In this document: positions 47,571 through 62,879 of the stretch, one piece after another
Numbering within the stretch: the first letter of the stretch is position 1
Layout: each line of letters starts with the position of its first letter
Origin: the human T2T-CHM13v2.0 reference genome, Homo sapiens
Direction: 5' to 3' (one strand)
NCBI RefSeq assembly: GCF_009914755.1
Contig: NC_060940.1
Length of the DNA: 64,000 nucleotides
Program-made: the position numbers and the translations under genes
The notes under the pieces: model-generated
Told to the model about the DNA's origin: nothing
The model's input: only the letters and a program-made list of their open reading frames with translations
Databases searched by the model: none

Positions 47571-50139
47571 TAGCTTTCTATAGGTTTGGGAAGTTCTCTG
47601 TTATTATTCCTTTGAATAAACTTTCTATGCCATCTCTTTCTCAACCTCCTTTTTAAGGCCAATAACCCTTAGATTTACCCTTTTGAGGCTATATTCTAGA
47701 TTCTGTAGGTGTGCTTCACTGTTTTTTATTCTTTTTTCTTTGTCTCCTCTGACTGTATTTTCAAATAACCTATCTTCAAGCTCAATAATTCTTCCTTCTG
47801 CTTGATCAATTATGCTATTGAAAGAGTCTGATGAATTCTTCAGTATGCCAATTGCATTGTTCAGCTCAATAATTTCTGCTTAATTCTTTTTAATTATTTC
47901 AATCTCTTTGGTAAATTTATCTGATAGAATTCTGAGTTTCTTCTCAGTGTTATCTTTAATTTCGTTGAGTTTCCTCAAAATAACTATGTTGATTTCTCTG
48001 TCAGAAAGGTCACATTTCTCTCTTTCTCCAGAATTGGTCTCTGGTGGCTTATTTAGTTCATTTGGTGAGGTCATGTTTTCCTGGATCATCTTGATAGTTG
48101 TAGATGTGTGTCTGTGTCTGAGCATTGAAGAGTTAGGTATTTATTATAGTCTTCACAGTTTGGGCTTGTTCATACCCATCCTTCTTGAGAGGGATTTCCA
48201 TATGTTCAAAAGGTCTTGGATGTTGTGATCTAAGCTGGATATGCTTTGGGGGGCACCCAAAGCCCAGTAACACTGTAGTTCCTGCAGATTTGTAGAGGCA
48301 CTGCCTTGATGGTCTTGGACAAGATCTAGGAGAATTCTCTGGATTACCAAACAGAGATTCTTATTCTCTTCCCTTACTTTCTCCCAAACAGAGTCTCTCT
48401 CTCTCTTCTTAGCCACCTGGAGCTGGAGGTGGAGTGACACAAGCACCTCCATGGCCACCAACACTGTGACTGTGCTGGGTCAGCCCTAAAGCCAGCACAG
48501 CACTGGGTCTTGCCCAAGGAAATACTCCCTGGCTACTGTTTATGTTTGCTCAAGGCTCTGGGGCTCTAAAATCAGCAGGTGGCAAAGCCAGTCCTATGAT
48601 CCTCCCTTCAGGGCAATGAGTTCCCCCGGGCCCCAGGTGGATTGAGAGGTGCTGTCCAGGAACCAGGGACTAGAGTCAAAAACCTTAGAAGTCTACCTGG
48701 TGTTCTACTGCATTGCAGCTGAGCTGGCACTCAAACTACAAGACATAGCCCTTCCCACTCTTCTCTCCCCTTTCCAAAAGCAGAGAAGCCTCATCCCATG
48801 GCCACCACTACCACAGGCCTGTGGGGGAGTACGGCCAGACTACTGCTGATGTTCCCTTAAGGCCCAAGCACTCTTCAGTCAGCTTGTGGTGAATACTGCC
48901 TGGGCTGGGACTCACCCTTCAGGGCAGTGGGCTTCTCTCTGGCCCAGTAAAGGTCCAGAAATGTCGTCCAAGAGCCAAGTCCTGGAATCAGGGACTCCAA
49001 GAACCTGCTTGGTGCTCCAACCCAGTGTGGCTGAGCTGGTACTTAAAGTGCAAGACAAAGTCCCCTTTATTTTTTCCTCTGCTTTTCTCAAGCAGAAGTA
49101 TTGCCCCATAGCCACCATGGGAATGTGCTGAGTCTCACTTGAAGCCAGCAAGTCTCAAAGTCTTACCCAAGGCCCTTGACATAGTATGTGGGTATCACAG
49201 TGGTTACTCAAGTCCCAAGGGCTCTTCAGTTAGCAGGTGATGAATGCTGCCATGACTGGGTCCTTCCCTTCAAGACAGTGGGTTCCCTTTTGGCCCAGGG
49301 TATATCTTGAAATATCATCTGGAAGCTAGGCCCTGGAATTGGGGCCTCCCAACTCTGGTGCCCTATCCTCTCATGGCTGAGCTGGTATCCAAGATAGATG
49401 CAAGAGAAAATCCTCCCCGCTCTTCCCTCTCCTCTCCTCAGGCAGAAGGGAGGATCTCTTTTGGAGAGCTGTGTAGCCTGGGGCTAGGGGAAAGGTGGTG
49501 CCAGCACCCCCTTAGCTGCCCCAGCTGGTGTGTCAGTAGGTTGTGTGCCCCCCTCCTGTACCCAGTCTACTGGTTGTGGGCCAAGTTTAGCACTAGGACT
49601 ACCTAAAAGTTGCAGTTCTTGTGGCCTAGACTGCCTTTCAACTTTATTTAGAGCTCTTGAGTACTTTAGCCCACAGTGGTGAGGTTTGTAGGAACTCAAG
49701 TTCTGACCACTGGGATCAGCTATTCCCTTCTGGCTAGGGCTGGTTTAAATGCTCCCTCCCTGGGTGGGCATCAGCCGAGTTTGGTCTGGCTTTCCTTTCT
49801 GCCATAACAGGACAGCACTGAGTTTAGTGCCTTACAATTGCTGTGCTGTCCCTCCCCCAGCACATAGTAACACTGACCACACCACATTGCTGCTACTACC
49901 AGGAGTTAAGGAGAGGTGGTGTCAGAGATTTAAGACTATTTTTTTTCTACCTCTTCAGTGCCTCACTCAGTGACACAAAGTTAAAATCAGGTACCATGAG
50001 CACTCATCTGATTTTGGTTCTTATGAAGGTTTTTTTTTTTTTGTTTCTTGTATATAGGTAGTTGTTAAATTGATGTCCTTGTGGGAAGGACGATCAGTGG
50101 AGCCTTCTATTTCACCATCTTGCTCCATCTCTGCCTCTC
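47571..50139 (-). mobile_element. 3'-truncated L1 (L1M1/L1MA1-2-type 5'UTR plus part of ORF1) nested in host ORF1
   Basis: 5' start on minus strand ggagcaagatggtgaaatagaaggctcc; TSD ttagcactttga at 47559-47570 and 50140-50151. Confidence 0.8.
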
Positions 50140-51655
50140 TTAGCACTTTGAATATATCATTCCAGTCTCTCCTGGCCTGTAAGGTTTCTGCTGAGAAATC
50201 AACTGTTAGTGTAATAGGAATTTCCTTTATATGTGATGTGATGCTTTTCTCTTGCTGTTTTTTGAAATCTCGTTTTGTCTTTGACGTTTGACAGTTTGAC
50301 AATAATATGTCTTGGAGAAACCCTTTTTGGGTTGTATCTATTTGGTGATCTTTAAGCTTCCTATATCTAGATGTCTATATGTCTTGCAAGACTTGGGAAA
50401 TTTTCAGCTTTTATTTAGTTAAATAGGCTTTCTATGACTTTGCCTATCTTTTCTTCCTGTGGAATTCCTAAAAATTAAATATTTGGTCACATTGTGGTGT
50501 GCCATGTATCATGTAGGCTTTTTTCATTGTTTTTTATTCTTATTTATTTATTTCTTTTTGCTTGGTTGGGTTATTTCAAAAGGGCTGTCTTTGAAATCAG
50601 AAAGTCTTATGTTTGATCTTGTCTATTGTTGAAGTTTTACAATTGTATTTTTTAAATTATTCAATAAATTCTTCAGCCCAGCATTTCTGTTGTCTCTTTT
50701 TTTAAATTACATCTATCTCTTTTTTGAATTTCTAATTCAGATCATAAATTGTTTTTCTGATTTCTTTGCATTGTTTATCTGTGTCCTCTCATATCTCACT
50801 GAGTTTCTTTAATATCATTATCTTGAATTCTTTTTCAGGCACTTCATAAACTTCCTTTTTTGAGGGATCCATTACTGGAGAGTTATTGCTTTCCTTTGCA
50901 GTGGTCATGTTTTCTTGCCTTTTCATGTTTCTTATGTCCTTATGTTGATGTCTATGCATCTGGTGTAATAGCTGTTTCATCCAATTTTATGAATTGGCTG
51001 TCATAGGAAGACTTTTTCCTATAGATTTAACTATAGCATTGGTTGGGTAGAGTGCTTTGGCTGTGATTCTGGGTGGACACAGTGGTATAGTTGCCATGTG
51101 GTTTTGTAAACTATAATCAGCATCAGTGGTGTCTGTGAGTTCTTCAGTGGCTTAGACCATGGTTGTTAGTAGAGGCTGTGGTGAGACTTTGCTAGGAATA
51201 GAAACAGTCAGCAGGCCAGTTCTCAGGTGCCAGTTGTGGTGGTGGTGGGTAAGGGTGGGCCTGTCCTCAGGCCCCTAGATGGCATGCACAGATACCTGTG
51301 GAGTGGGCAGGGTGGGTCGATCCACAAGCTGCCAGACAACATGTGTGGATGCCAGTGGCAGGTGGAACATACCTGTCTTCAGGTTCCCTGATGGTGTGTG
51401 CATACGCCGGTAGTGGTGGGTGGAGCAGATCTATCCCCAGGCCTCAGACAATGCACACTAGTACCAGCAGCAACAGGTGGGGTGGGCTTCTTCTCAGGAC
51501 CCTGGATGTTGCACATCAGCAGTGGCAGGTGGCAGGGGTCAATCCCTGCATGGATGCTGGTGGCAGGAGGGGCATGCTGTCTTTAGGTCTCCCCAGTGAT
51601 GCACAGGGGCACTGGTGGCATCCAGTGGACAATGTGCACAGGCCCCCAGTGGTGA

Positions 51656-52362
<707 letters not shown>

Positions 52363-52599
52363 AACTTGTGTTTTTTTACTTAAGAGTATACCAATCACTT
52401 TAGCTGTTCAGGCCAGTGTATATAAATTTACCTTGTTCTTTAAATTAATGCATAACTGAGAAAAAGGATTTGGGGAGGCAGTGTCTAGGATGAAGAACAG
52501 GACCTCTTTTGATGTTTTTCCAGATATATAAGTGAAAATTGAAAGTATTTTTAATTACCTTTGGTCATTGGGGTATAGTTCTTTGAATGCCACATCAAG

Positions 52600-53520
52600 C
52601 TCAGATGGGCATTGGGCACCCTAAGATTTATTCAGATTACATTAGAAAGATCCCCAAGGCAGAAGGGTGGAGGATAGATTCATGGAAATGAGACAGATGG
52701 TGAGTTCAATTAAGAGACTCTTTATGGAGATAGCTCAATATTTCAGGTGAAACATAATCAATACTCAGAAAGGAGATTATGGGGTCCCCAGATGTTTAGG
52801 AATTAGAAGCAACAAGACATGGTGACTGGTTGGATGTGGAGGACACAGTAGAAAACATCTAAAGAGACTTTTAGGTTTTATTGTGGGTAATAGGGAGATG
52901 GCACCATTCATGGACACAAGAATAAAGGAAGGTAATAAATTCACTTCTGGGACTTGGTAGAGTTTACGTGGCCCCAGCCATCCATATAGGGGTATAGGGG
53001 TGATTGGAATGTTGGTGTGAATTCAGGAGGCATCAACCTGGGAGTCACCACCACGAAGGTCATATTGGAAGCCATGGCAGCTGATGAGATCATCTAGGGA
53101 TGTGTGTAGACTTGAAAGAGAAAGGGGAGTAAGTATACTATATCCTCATCAAAAGAGAAGAAAAAATGTGACCAGCAAGAGAGACCAAAAACTAGCAAAA
53201 GGTAAGAGAAGTACCAAGGTAGAATGCCATAGTGGAATGCAAGAGGAGAGAAAATATCAGGAAGAATAGAGAGCCAAATAGCATCAAATTCTGCAGAGAA
53301 ACCAAGTCAGGTAATATCTGAAAAGGGTGTAGGAGGTCGTGGGTAAGTTCAGTGACATGGAGGGAGCAGAAGCCAGAGTACAGGCTCAGGGGATGGAGAA
53401 GTGAGGGTGGCGTAAGAGGTGGACACAGCAAGGGCACACTATATGTTTGAGAAATTTAATTCAAGATGAAAAAGGAGAGGAGTTAAGCAATGGTTAAGGC
53501 CACACAGCGTCATAGGGATA
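52600..53520 (-). mobile_element. L2 fragments
   Basis: ggtgactggttggatgtgg; gggagtcaccac...gatgagatcatctaggga. Confidence 0.65.
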
Positions 53521-54014
53521 TTTTTGAACTCATACCATAGTTTTATATAGAGATGAAAAAAACCCAGAGCTCAGAGAGTCCTCTTCAGCTTTATAAAATC
53601 AAACTTGTCAAGTTAATGGACTTATTTAAGTGAGTCAGACCCCATTAGAGCATATGTCACTTGACTGTTATAGGTACACAGCCATGACTCAGAAATGCTG
53701 ACACAAAGCCATGTGGTACGATATATTACTAAGCAGTGCTTATGCATTGTCACACAGTGATTAGAAAGATTGCATTGTGGTGTATGGCTGGCAGAACAGC
53801 TCAGAACTATATAAGTGACGTTTCTCTTTGTGGAAATTTTGGGAACTTGTATTTGATTACAAAATGCCTTGAGATTATAAATCCAATCGGCAGATATAGA
53901 AAACTTACAGCATAGCTTTCTTCATATCACAGCCTCTGTAAGAAAAATGTATTAATTTAATTTCATATAACTTTTTTTATTGGTTCAAGTGATTAATTCT
54001 TCTAAGCAGATGCT

Positions 54015-54610
54015 AGTGTGATGTAGTGATTAAGAGCACAAGCAATGAACTTCAATAGACTTGTGTTTTGAATACAAGGTCAACCACTTATGAGCTATGA
54101 GATCTTGGGTAATGTCTTAGTCTATTTCGTGCTGCTGTAACAGAGTAACCACAGACTGGGTAATTTATAAAGAACATAAATTTATTTTCTCACTGTTCTG
54201 GAAACTGGGAAGTCCAAGATCAAGGTGCTGGTATCCAGTGAGGGCCTTCTTGCTGTATCATCCCATGGCAGAAGGTGGAAAGGCAAAAGAGAACCCAGGC
54301 ACACAGGAAGAGGGCTGAACTTGCTTTTATAACAAACCCACTCTTCTGGGTTAATCTATAGATAAGGGCAGAGTCTTCATGACCTAATCTCTTCTTAAAG
54401 TTTCTACCTCTTAACACTGTTGCATTGGGGATTAAGCTTCCAAGACATGAACTTTGTAGGACACTTTCAAAGCATAGCAGGTAAATTCCTAATTTGTAAA
54501 ATGAGGAAAATAATAGTTCCCACCACAGAGAGTTGTTATGCAGGTGAAAGTGAGGTCATGCATATGCAGTGCTTGGCACAGTATATGACACCTAGTAGAG
54601 GCTCAGTGAG
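54015..54610 (+). mobile_element. MIR split by MST/MLT1A LTR
   Basis: gtagtgattaagagcaca...gatcttgggtaa; ttcctaatttgtaaaatgagg. Confidence 0.75.
54113..54479 (-). mobile_element. MSTD/MLT1A-like MaLR solo LTR
   Basis: TG..CA ends; perfect 5-bp TSD GGTAA. Confidence 0.88.
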
Positions 54611-54951
54611 CATGAGATGAATTTCAATTCACTGGGGCCAACAGGGAGACCCTGCTAGGAAGGGAACCTCAGGCACAAAGGGCTAAAGGCAATAATAACT
54701 GTGGCTGAGCTTGGAGAGGAGAGGATGTGGGTGAAAACTGACAGAAAATGAGATAGGCAGAGCAGTAACAAGGTATATGGATCTTCTGTTGGGGAAAAAA
54801 AATCCTATAGCAAAGCTTCAAATAGTATTGTTATTTTATATATGCATATATATATATATATTCTATATCTACACATACGTATACACTACGTGTTACCACC
54901 AGAGTCTTTTCTGTGCTTTGCTAAACCTATTATTACAGGGATATTTCCTGA

Positions 54952-55272
<321 letters not shown>

Positions 55273-55604
55273 TGTTTCTGTTTCTCCACTCCAGTGTCCA
55301 TCTCAGCTGCAACTGTACTTTGTGTCAACCAGTATTCAAGGGAGGACTCTGATTGGTTCAGTTAATCCTTTCAAGCCAAGCCCATGAGTTGTGCTCTGCT
55401 TGGAACAGGGGTTTGCCCATCCAATCAGCTGTATCCAGGGCTAGAGGGAAAGTGGAATCCCATGCTTCAGAACCTGCCCTTTCGTATAACAGGAGCTGAG
55501 ACCATAAAATCTGCCATGGATGAGACCACACTGAGTAAGCAGCATCCTGAGTTATATCTATCTGTTGGAGGGATGGAGGAGAAAAGGCAGGCAGGTGTAA
55601 GACA

Positions 55605-56163
55605 TGAGTGGCCAACTGTCCCAGTTTGCCTGGGACTAGGTTTAAATTTTTAATAGTAGTGAAACGTATATGTCATAACATTTATCATTCTAATGGCTTT
55701 CAAGCATGCTGGTCTGTGGTGTCATTGTGCAAACATCACCACCATCAATCTCTAGAACTTTTCATCTTTCCAAACTAAAACTTCACACATTATACACTAA
55801 TTCCCCATTTCCCCTCTCCCCAGCCCCTGGCAACCATCTCCTCTCTGCCTCTATAAATCTGACTACTCTAAGTACCTCCTATAGGTGGAATCATATAGCA
55901 TTTGTCCTTTTGTGACTGGCTTATTTCATGTAGCATAATGTCCTCGGGGTTCCTCTATGTTGTAGCATGTGTCAGAATTTCTTTCCTTTTGCAAGCTGAA
56001 CAATATTCCACATTTTGTTTGCTCATTTATTCATCAATGGACCCTTGAGTTAGTTCTGCCTTTTAGGCTGTTGTGGGTGGGACCGGCTCAATTTTAACAC
56101 TAAAAGTCTTGTGTCCCAAGAAACTTCTCAGTCCTGGGCAAACTGGGACAGTTGGTCATCCCA
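55605..56163. mobile_element. MER81-like hAT-Blackjack MITE split by L1MB (55640-56078, minus)
   Basis: Inverted ends ccaactgtcccagtttgcc / ggcaaactgggacagttgg. Confidence 0.75.
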
Positions 56164-56472
56164 GACATAGACCCAGCTAGCATCCCCAAAACCAGGACAC
56201 CAGCACAAGCAGCCAAGGGCATCATCACCAGGGAAACTCCACCTGCACAGGGCATGATTTTGGTGTCCCAGGAAAGGTGACTCTTCCCACACAGCCTCTG
56301 AGAACTAAGCAGGCTAAAGAGAGGCAGTTATCAGAGATCCTTAATGGAGCAGCCAATTCTCAGTGACAGAATTCATTATCCAAATGGGACACTGAACATA
56401 ATACCCTCTCACACACACACATCCTCACAGTCCACGGGATTTGGTTTTGCCTAAGCCTGGCCTTATTCTTAA

Positions 56473-57003
<531 letters not shown>

Positions 57004-57731
57004 TAAACACTTTTTTTTTTTTTTTTTGGTATTAGCGTCAGTACAATTGACAAGGCGTCTGTTTTTCATGGTCTGTAACGAGGTTTGTTGTGTGGTAAGA
57101 ATGAGAACAGTAGGTTTTGGGGAGGTGTAATGTTCTATTTGCATTGCTTTCCCAACTGCTAGTGCTGACAGATTTGAGCATCTTTCAGGTCTGAAATATT
57201 TTACATCTTTCATGGCATTGGAGATGGGTAGAGGGAAAAAGTGTCTTTTTTCTAAAATACATGCTTAATCTGTTTAGCATGGGATCAAACCATACTTTCT
57301 GTACTTTAAGTCTCACATTCTAAATTTCAACTGCATTATATTGTCTTGCGTTTATGGAGATAGTGTGGGATGCAGGATTTTTTAAAGCGTATTTTTATAG
57401 ACTCTTTAGTTAATTTTTCTATTTTCATTAAGTAAAAACCTTTATCTCCTAAAAAGAGGTTTCACCAACAAATATTAGGTGAACAGGATAAGCTGTAAGG
57501 AAGTTGAAAGAACTCAGTGATAGTGATGTGATATTGATCGTCATAAATAAAGTAAACAGGCAACCGGGCCTGTTTCTCAGGATCAGACAGCTGTAAGTAG
57601 CTTCACTTCAAGGGATCAGAATTGTCAGGGGGCATTCCTGATTCCTGCTGAAGTGTGAGTCTGCTTTACCTACAGCACACCCTCCAGCTCAACACATTAA
57701 CGCAATAACAACACCTACGTGGCTGGGACTG

Positions 57732-57817
57732 TTAATGATTTAAAAATTTAAATTATGTGTAATGATATTTCACAAATTAATGATTTAAAAATTTAAATTA
57801 TGTGTAATGACATTTCA
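57732..57817. repeat. 45-bp-period tandem duplication
   Basis: ttaatgatttaaaaatttaaattatgtgtaatga(t/c)atttca twice. Confidence 0.92.
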
Positions 57818-58488
57818 GAAGATAAAAGCTCCCCTGGGGCTCAACCATGGCGATTTGTAGTGGAGTCACAGAGCCATCTATACATCCAGTAGCAGAATGT
57901 TGGGGAACCGTGCTTTGTCACTTCGTGGGGTACAGTGACATCCCTTCCCACCCCAAACTTATTAATCAGGAGATTCAGGTGGACTTCTGAGGTGGGGGCA
58001 TATTGCTGGCACTAGCCTGGGTTCTTTTCCCTCTCCTACCATTAAAGCCCTGATGTCCTCCACCGAAAGGGGTGTAGGATCATTGTGGTACATAAACTGA
58101 TGGTTTGTAAGCTCTCATCTTTGCATTCACTACAAAAAATTATTTAAATTTCACATTTGCTTTACAGTTTTTTCGAGTTTCAAATGTAAAAACGATACAT
58201 GCACAGGTTTTAAATGTTAAACCGTGCAAAAAAAAAATATACGGTGGAAAGTAAGTCTCCCTCCTCCCTTGACCCTCAGGTTCTTAGTTCTCCCTAGAGG
58301 AAGCCACTGTTACCATTTTTATTAATAGATTTCTAGAAATATTCTATGCTAATACAAGCACAGTTATAAATATATAGCCCCTGTTTTTACAGAAGTGGTA
58401 GTATGCTACACACATTGTTCTGTACCTTGATTTTTTAAATTAAACTTTTAAAGGTATTTGTTGGTTCATATTGCAAATATAAGAAATA

Positions 58489-59224
<736 letters not shown>

Positions 59225-60400
59225 TAATATAGGGAGACCTGGGTACTCTTTATCCAGTTTCCCCCAATGGTAACATCTTGCAAAACTGTTGTGCAATATC
59301 ACAACCAGGATATTGACATTGATATAATCCATTGACCTTATTCAGATTTCCCCACTTTTACTGGTACTCTTCTATACATGTACTTATCTTTATACAATTT
59401 TATCACATGTGTAGGTTTGGGATCCACCACCACAGTCAAAGTTCAGAACAGTTCCACCCCAATAGGGATCTCTTGTGTCTTTTGGTATTGGCTTTTTTTT
59501 CTCCCAACACAATTTCCTGGAGATTCATCCAAGTTGTTGCATAATAAATGCACAACTATTATCATGCAATAGCTTATTACTTTTTATTGATGAATAGTAT
59601 TCCATGATATGAATGTACTACAGTTTGTTTAGCCATCAACCTGTTGAAGGACATCTAGGTTGTTTGCGGATTTGGATTATTATGAATAAAGTTTCCAGGA
59701 GCATTCATGTACAAGTTTTTGCATGAACATAAGTTCTCATTTCTCTGGAATTAATGCCCAAGAGTACAATTACTAGGTCATATGGTAATTGCATATTTAA
59801 TTTTATAAGAAATTACCAATCTGTTTTCCAGAGTGATTGTACCATTTTGTGTTCCCATCAGCAATCCAGTTTCTTTGCATCCTCACCAGCATTTAGTGTT
59901 GTCACTGTTTCTCCTACAAATAAGGACAGTTTTATTTCTTCTCAAACTGTATGCTTTCTATTTCTTTTTCTTACTTATCACAGTGCTTTTTCTCACTTAA
60001 TATATTACTTGGGGATCATATCAGATCAGCCACTTAGATCAACCTCATGTTTTTAATGGCTTTGTAGTGTTCCATAGTAAAATCACCAAAATTTATTTTG
60101 CTAGTGTCCTATTGATAGGCTTTTAGTTGATTTCAATCTTTTGCTATTAGGAACAATGCTTCAATGGATATCCTTATACATCTCTTTTCACACATGTGCA
60201 GGGTGTTACAGAAAAAAATTCTAGAAATAGAATTCCTGCATCAAAGAGTATATTCATTTAACATTTTGACAGTGCTGAATTGCCCTCCAAAGAGTTTGAC
60301 TCAATTTATAATCCTATCCAATATATTGCCTTCTCAAACTTTAAATATCATTGCTAGCCTGAAAGGTGAAAAAAGAATATATTCTGGTTATACTTGCTAA
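59225..60400 (-). mobile_element. Old L1 (L1MC/MD/ME) fragments
   Basis: tttcccccaatggtaacatcttgcaaaac; ggtcatatggtaattgcat. Confidence 0.75.
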
Positions 60401-61186
60401 ATTTTGAGATAAGTTTAAACTTTGCTTAAAATGAAACCAAATTTATAGAACTAAAAAGTGGCTTTGTAAAAATAGAAAAGTGCTATATTATCTTTTTATG
60501 TACCAAAGTTAGATACTATTACTATTTTTTATTCAACCAAATTCTTCAGGCTGTGTTTTTAAAACAAAATTGGGCTCATTTCACATTTCTTTTAAGTATC
60601 TAGGGGATGCTTCAGTTGAGACATTTTAGCAAACAGTCCCCAAATGCTAGTACTGCTCCTGTCTTCAAGGAGCTTGCAGTATAGCAACAGGGTTGAAACA
60701 ACTTCATTGTATTGCGGTAAGTACTAGGATAACTATCTAGAGCAGATGCTGTATCTACAGTATAGAGAGAAGAGGAATTTAGTTGAAGCTGGAGGTTAGA
60801 GAATGCTTTGAGGAGGAGAGAACATCTGAGCTGAGGAGTGAAGGCACTCCAGGCAGAGGGAACTGCATGAATGAACTTGAGTGAGAATGCCAGAAATTCA
60901 GCATTTCCAGAGGGGCAGGCAGAGGATTAGGCCAAAGCTGCAGGCAGGAGCCCAGTTAGAAGCAAAGATTTAGGCTCTCTCCTGCAGGCTGCAGGGACCA
61001 TTGATGGTTTTAAGGAGAAAATAGTCAGTTTTGCATTTTAATTGCTTACTGTTTGTGTGTTGTGCAGACCTGGATATATAGGCATTCAGAAAAATATGCC
61101 TTTTTGGTGTGCCTGAAGTAGTTCATGATAATAAAAACTGAATGTTCTTATACATAAAAGCTTTTTCTAATCATGTCATTGCCATT

Positions 61187-61672
61187 TGTATTCATTTCCT
61201 ATTATTGCAATAACAAATTATCACCCACTTAGTGGTTTACAACTATATAAATTTATTATCTTACAGTTCTAGGGGGCAAAAGTCTGAGATGGGTCTCACT
61301 GGGCTAAAATCACGGTGTCAGCAGAGCTGCGTGATTCTGGATAATCCATTTCCTTGCTGTTTCCACCTTCCAGAGGCCACCTACATTCCTTGGGTCATGG
61401 CCCTTCCTCTATCTTCAAAGCCAGCAATGCTGCATTTCCAAACCCCTGACTTCTGCTCTTGCCTCCCTCTTTCACTTAGAAGAATCAATGTGAGTCCATT
61501 GGGCTAACACAAATGACCCGGCATAATCTCTTCAGCTCAAACTCAACTGATTAGCAACTTTAATTCCATCTGTAACCTTAATTATCCTTTGATGGGTAAC
61601 ATAATAGATTCCCAGGTTCCAGGAACTATGACTTGGACATCTTTGGGGAGAACAATTATTCTGCCTGTCACA
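61187..61672 (-). mobile_element. MLT1D-like MaLR solo LTR
   Basis: TG..CA; TSD ccatt/ccatc; gattagcaactttaattccatctg. Confidence 0.85.
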
Positions 61673-61694
61673 CCATCATTTATTTATTCAACAT

Positions 61695-61955
61695 TTTTAA
61701 AAATGTAATGGTGGTAAAAAGATGCATAACATAAAATTTACCATTTTAACCATTTTAAGAGTAGAGTTCAGTGGCATTAAGTACATTCACATTGTTGTAC
61801 AACTATCAGCAACATCCATCTCTAGGACTTTTTAATCTTCCCAAGCTGAAACTCTATACTCCTTAAAAAATAATTCCTCATTCTCCCCTCCACCTCCCAT
61901 CCCCTAGCCACCATCATTCCACATTCTATCTCTGAATTTGACTACTCTAGATGAC
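61695..61955 (-). mobile_element. L1MB 3' end inside an L2 tail
   Basis: cataaaatttaccattttaacc; flanking attcaaca. Confidence 0.75.
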
Positions 61956-62048
61956 TCATTCAACACCTATTGAATAACTACTATGGGCTAAGCACCCTGT
62001 CACAAACTGGAGAATCAAAGATGAAAAAAGACATGGTCCCTGGTCTCA

Positions 62049-62260
<212 letters not shown>

Positions 62261-62879
62261 GAAAATCTCTCAACTTGATCTTTTAGCTCATTTTCAGCTG
62301 AGTCTATTCTGCTATGTACCCTACCTATTAAGTTGTGGAGGGTTTATTTTATGGTGGTGATAATATTTTTAATATTTTTAATTTCCAAAAAGAGTGGTTT
62401 ATTTATTAGCGGTTTCTTCTCTCTGATAATATTAATTATAATTATTTTAAAGTCTTTTGATTGCTTTATGAATTCTGTTTTTTGGGTACTCATTTTTCTA
62501 TTTGTTGAGTTTGATGCTTTTGTGTGTGTGTTGTGTTTCCCAACTGTTGATAATTCTTAGGTATCTATTAATACTTATCCTTGGAAGTTGTAATTGAATA
62601 TCTGTCTATATCAGTCCATCTATCATTTATCTATTTTGTAGTTCAAAAGTAAATATTGGGTCTCCTAATGACAGACCACTAAATTAGGAAAGGATAATAT
62701 GTTTGCCTTCTAAGTAAGAGGAGCTCTCAGGGTCATTGTAACTTACCTGAAATACCTCCCTCCTTCTTTGGCCCCAGTTTCAGAAGTCCCATTTCAGAGA
62801 GCTCTACTCAAGGCTTTATCCTGGTGGTGGGGGTGGGGAAGGTAATGACAGCTTCTGAGTCAGCATATGTGGGAGAAGA

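Noticed and set aside
57009-57500. T-run as the tail of a minus-strand processed pseudogene
   Set aside because: No TSD, no properly placed polyadenylation signal, no recognisable mRNA
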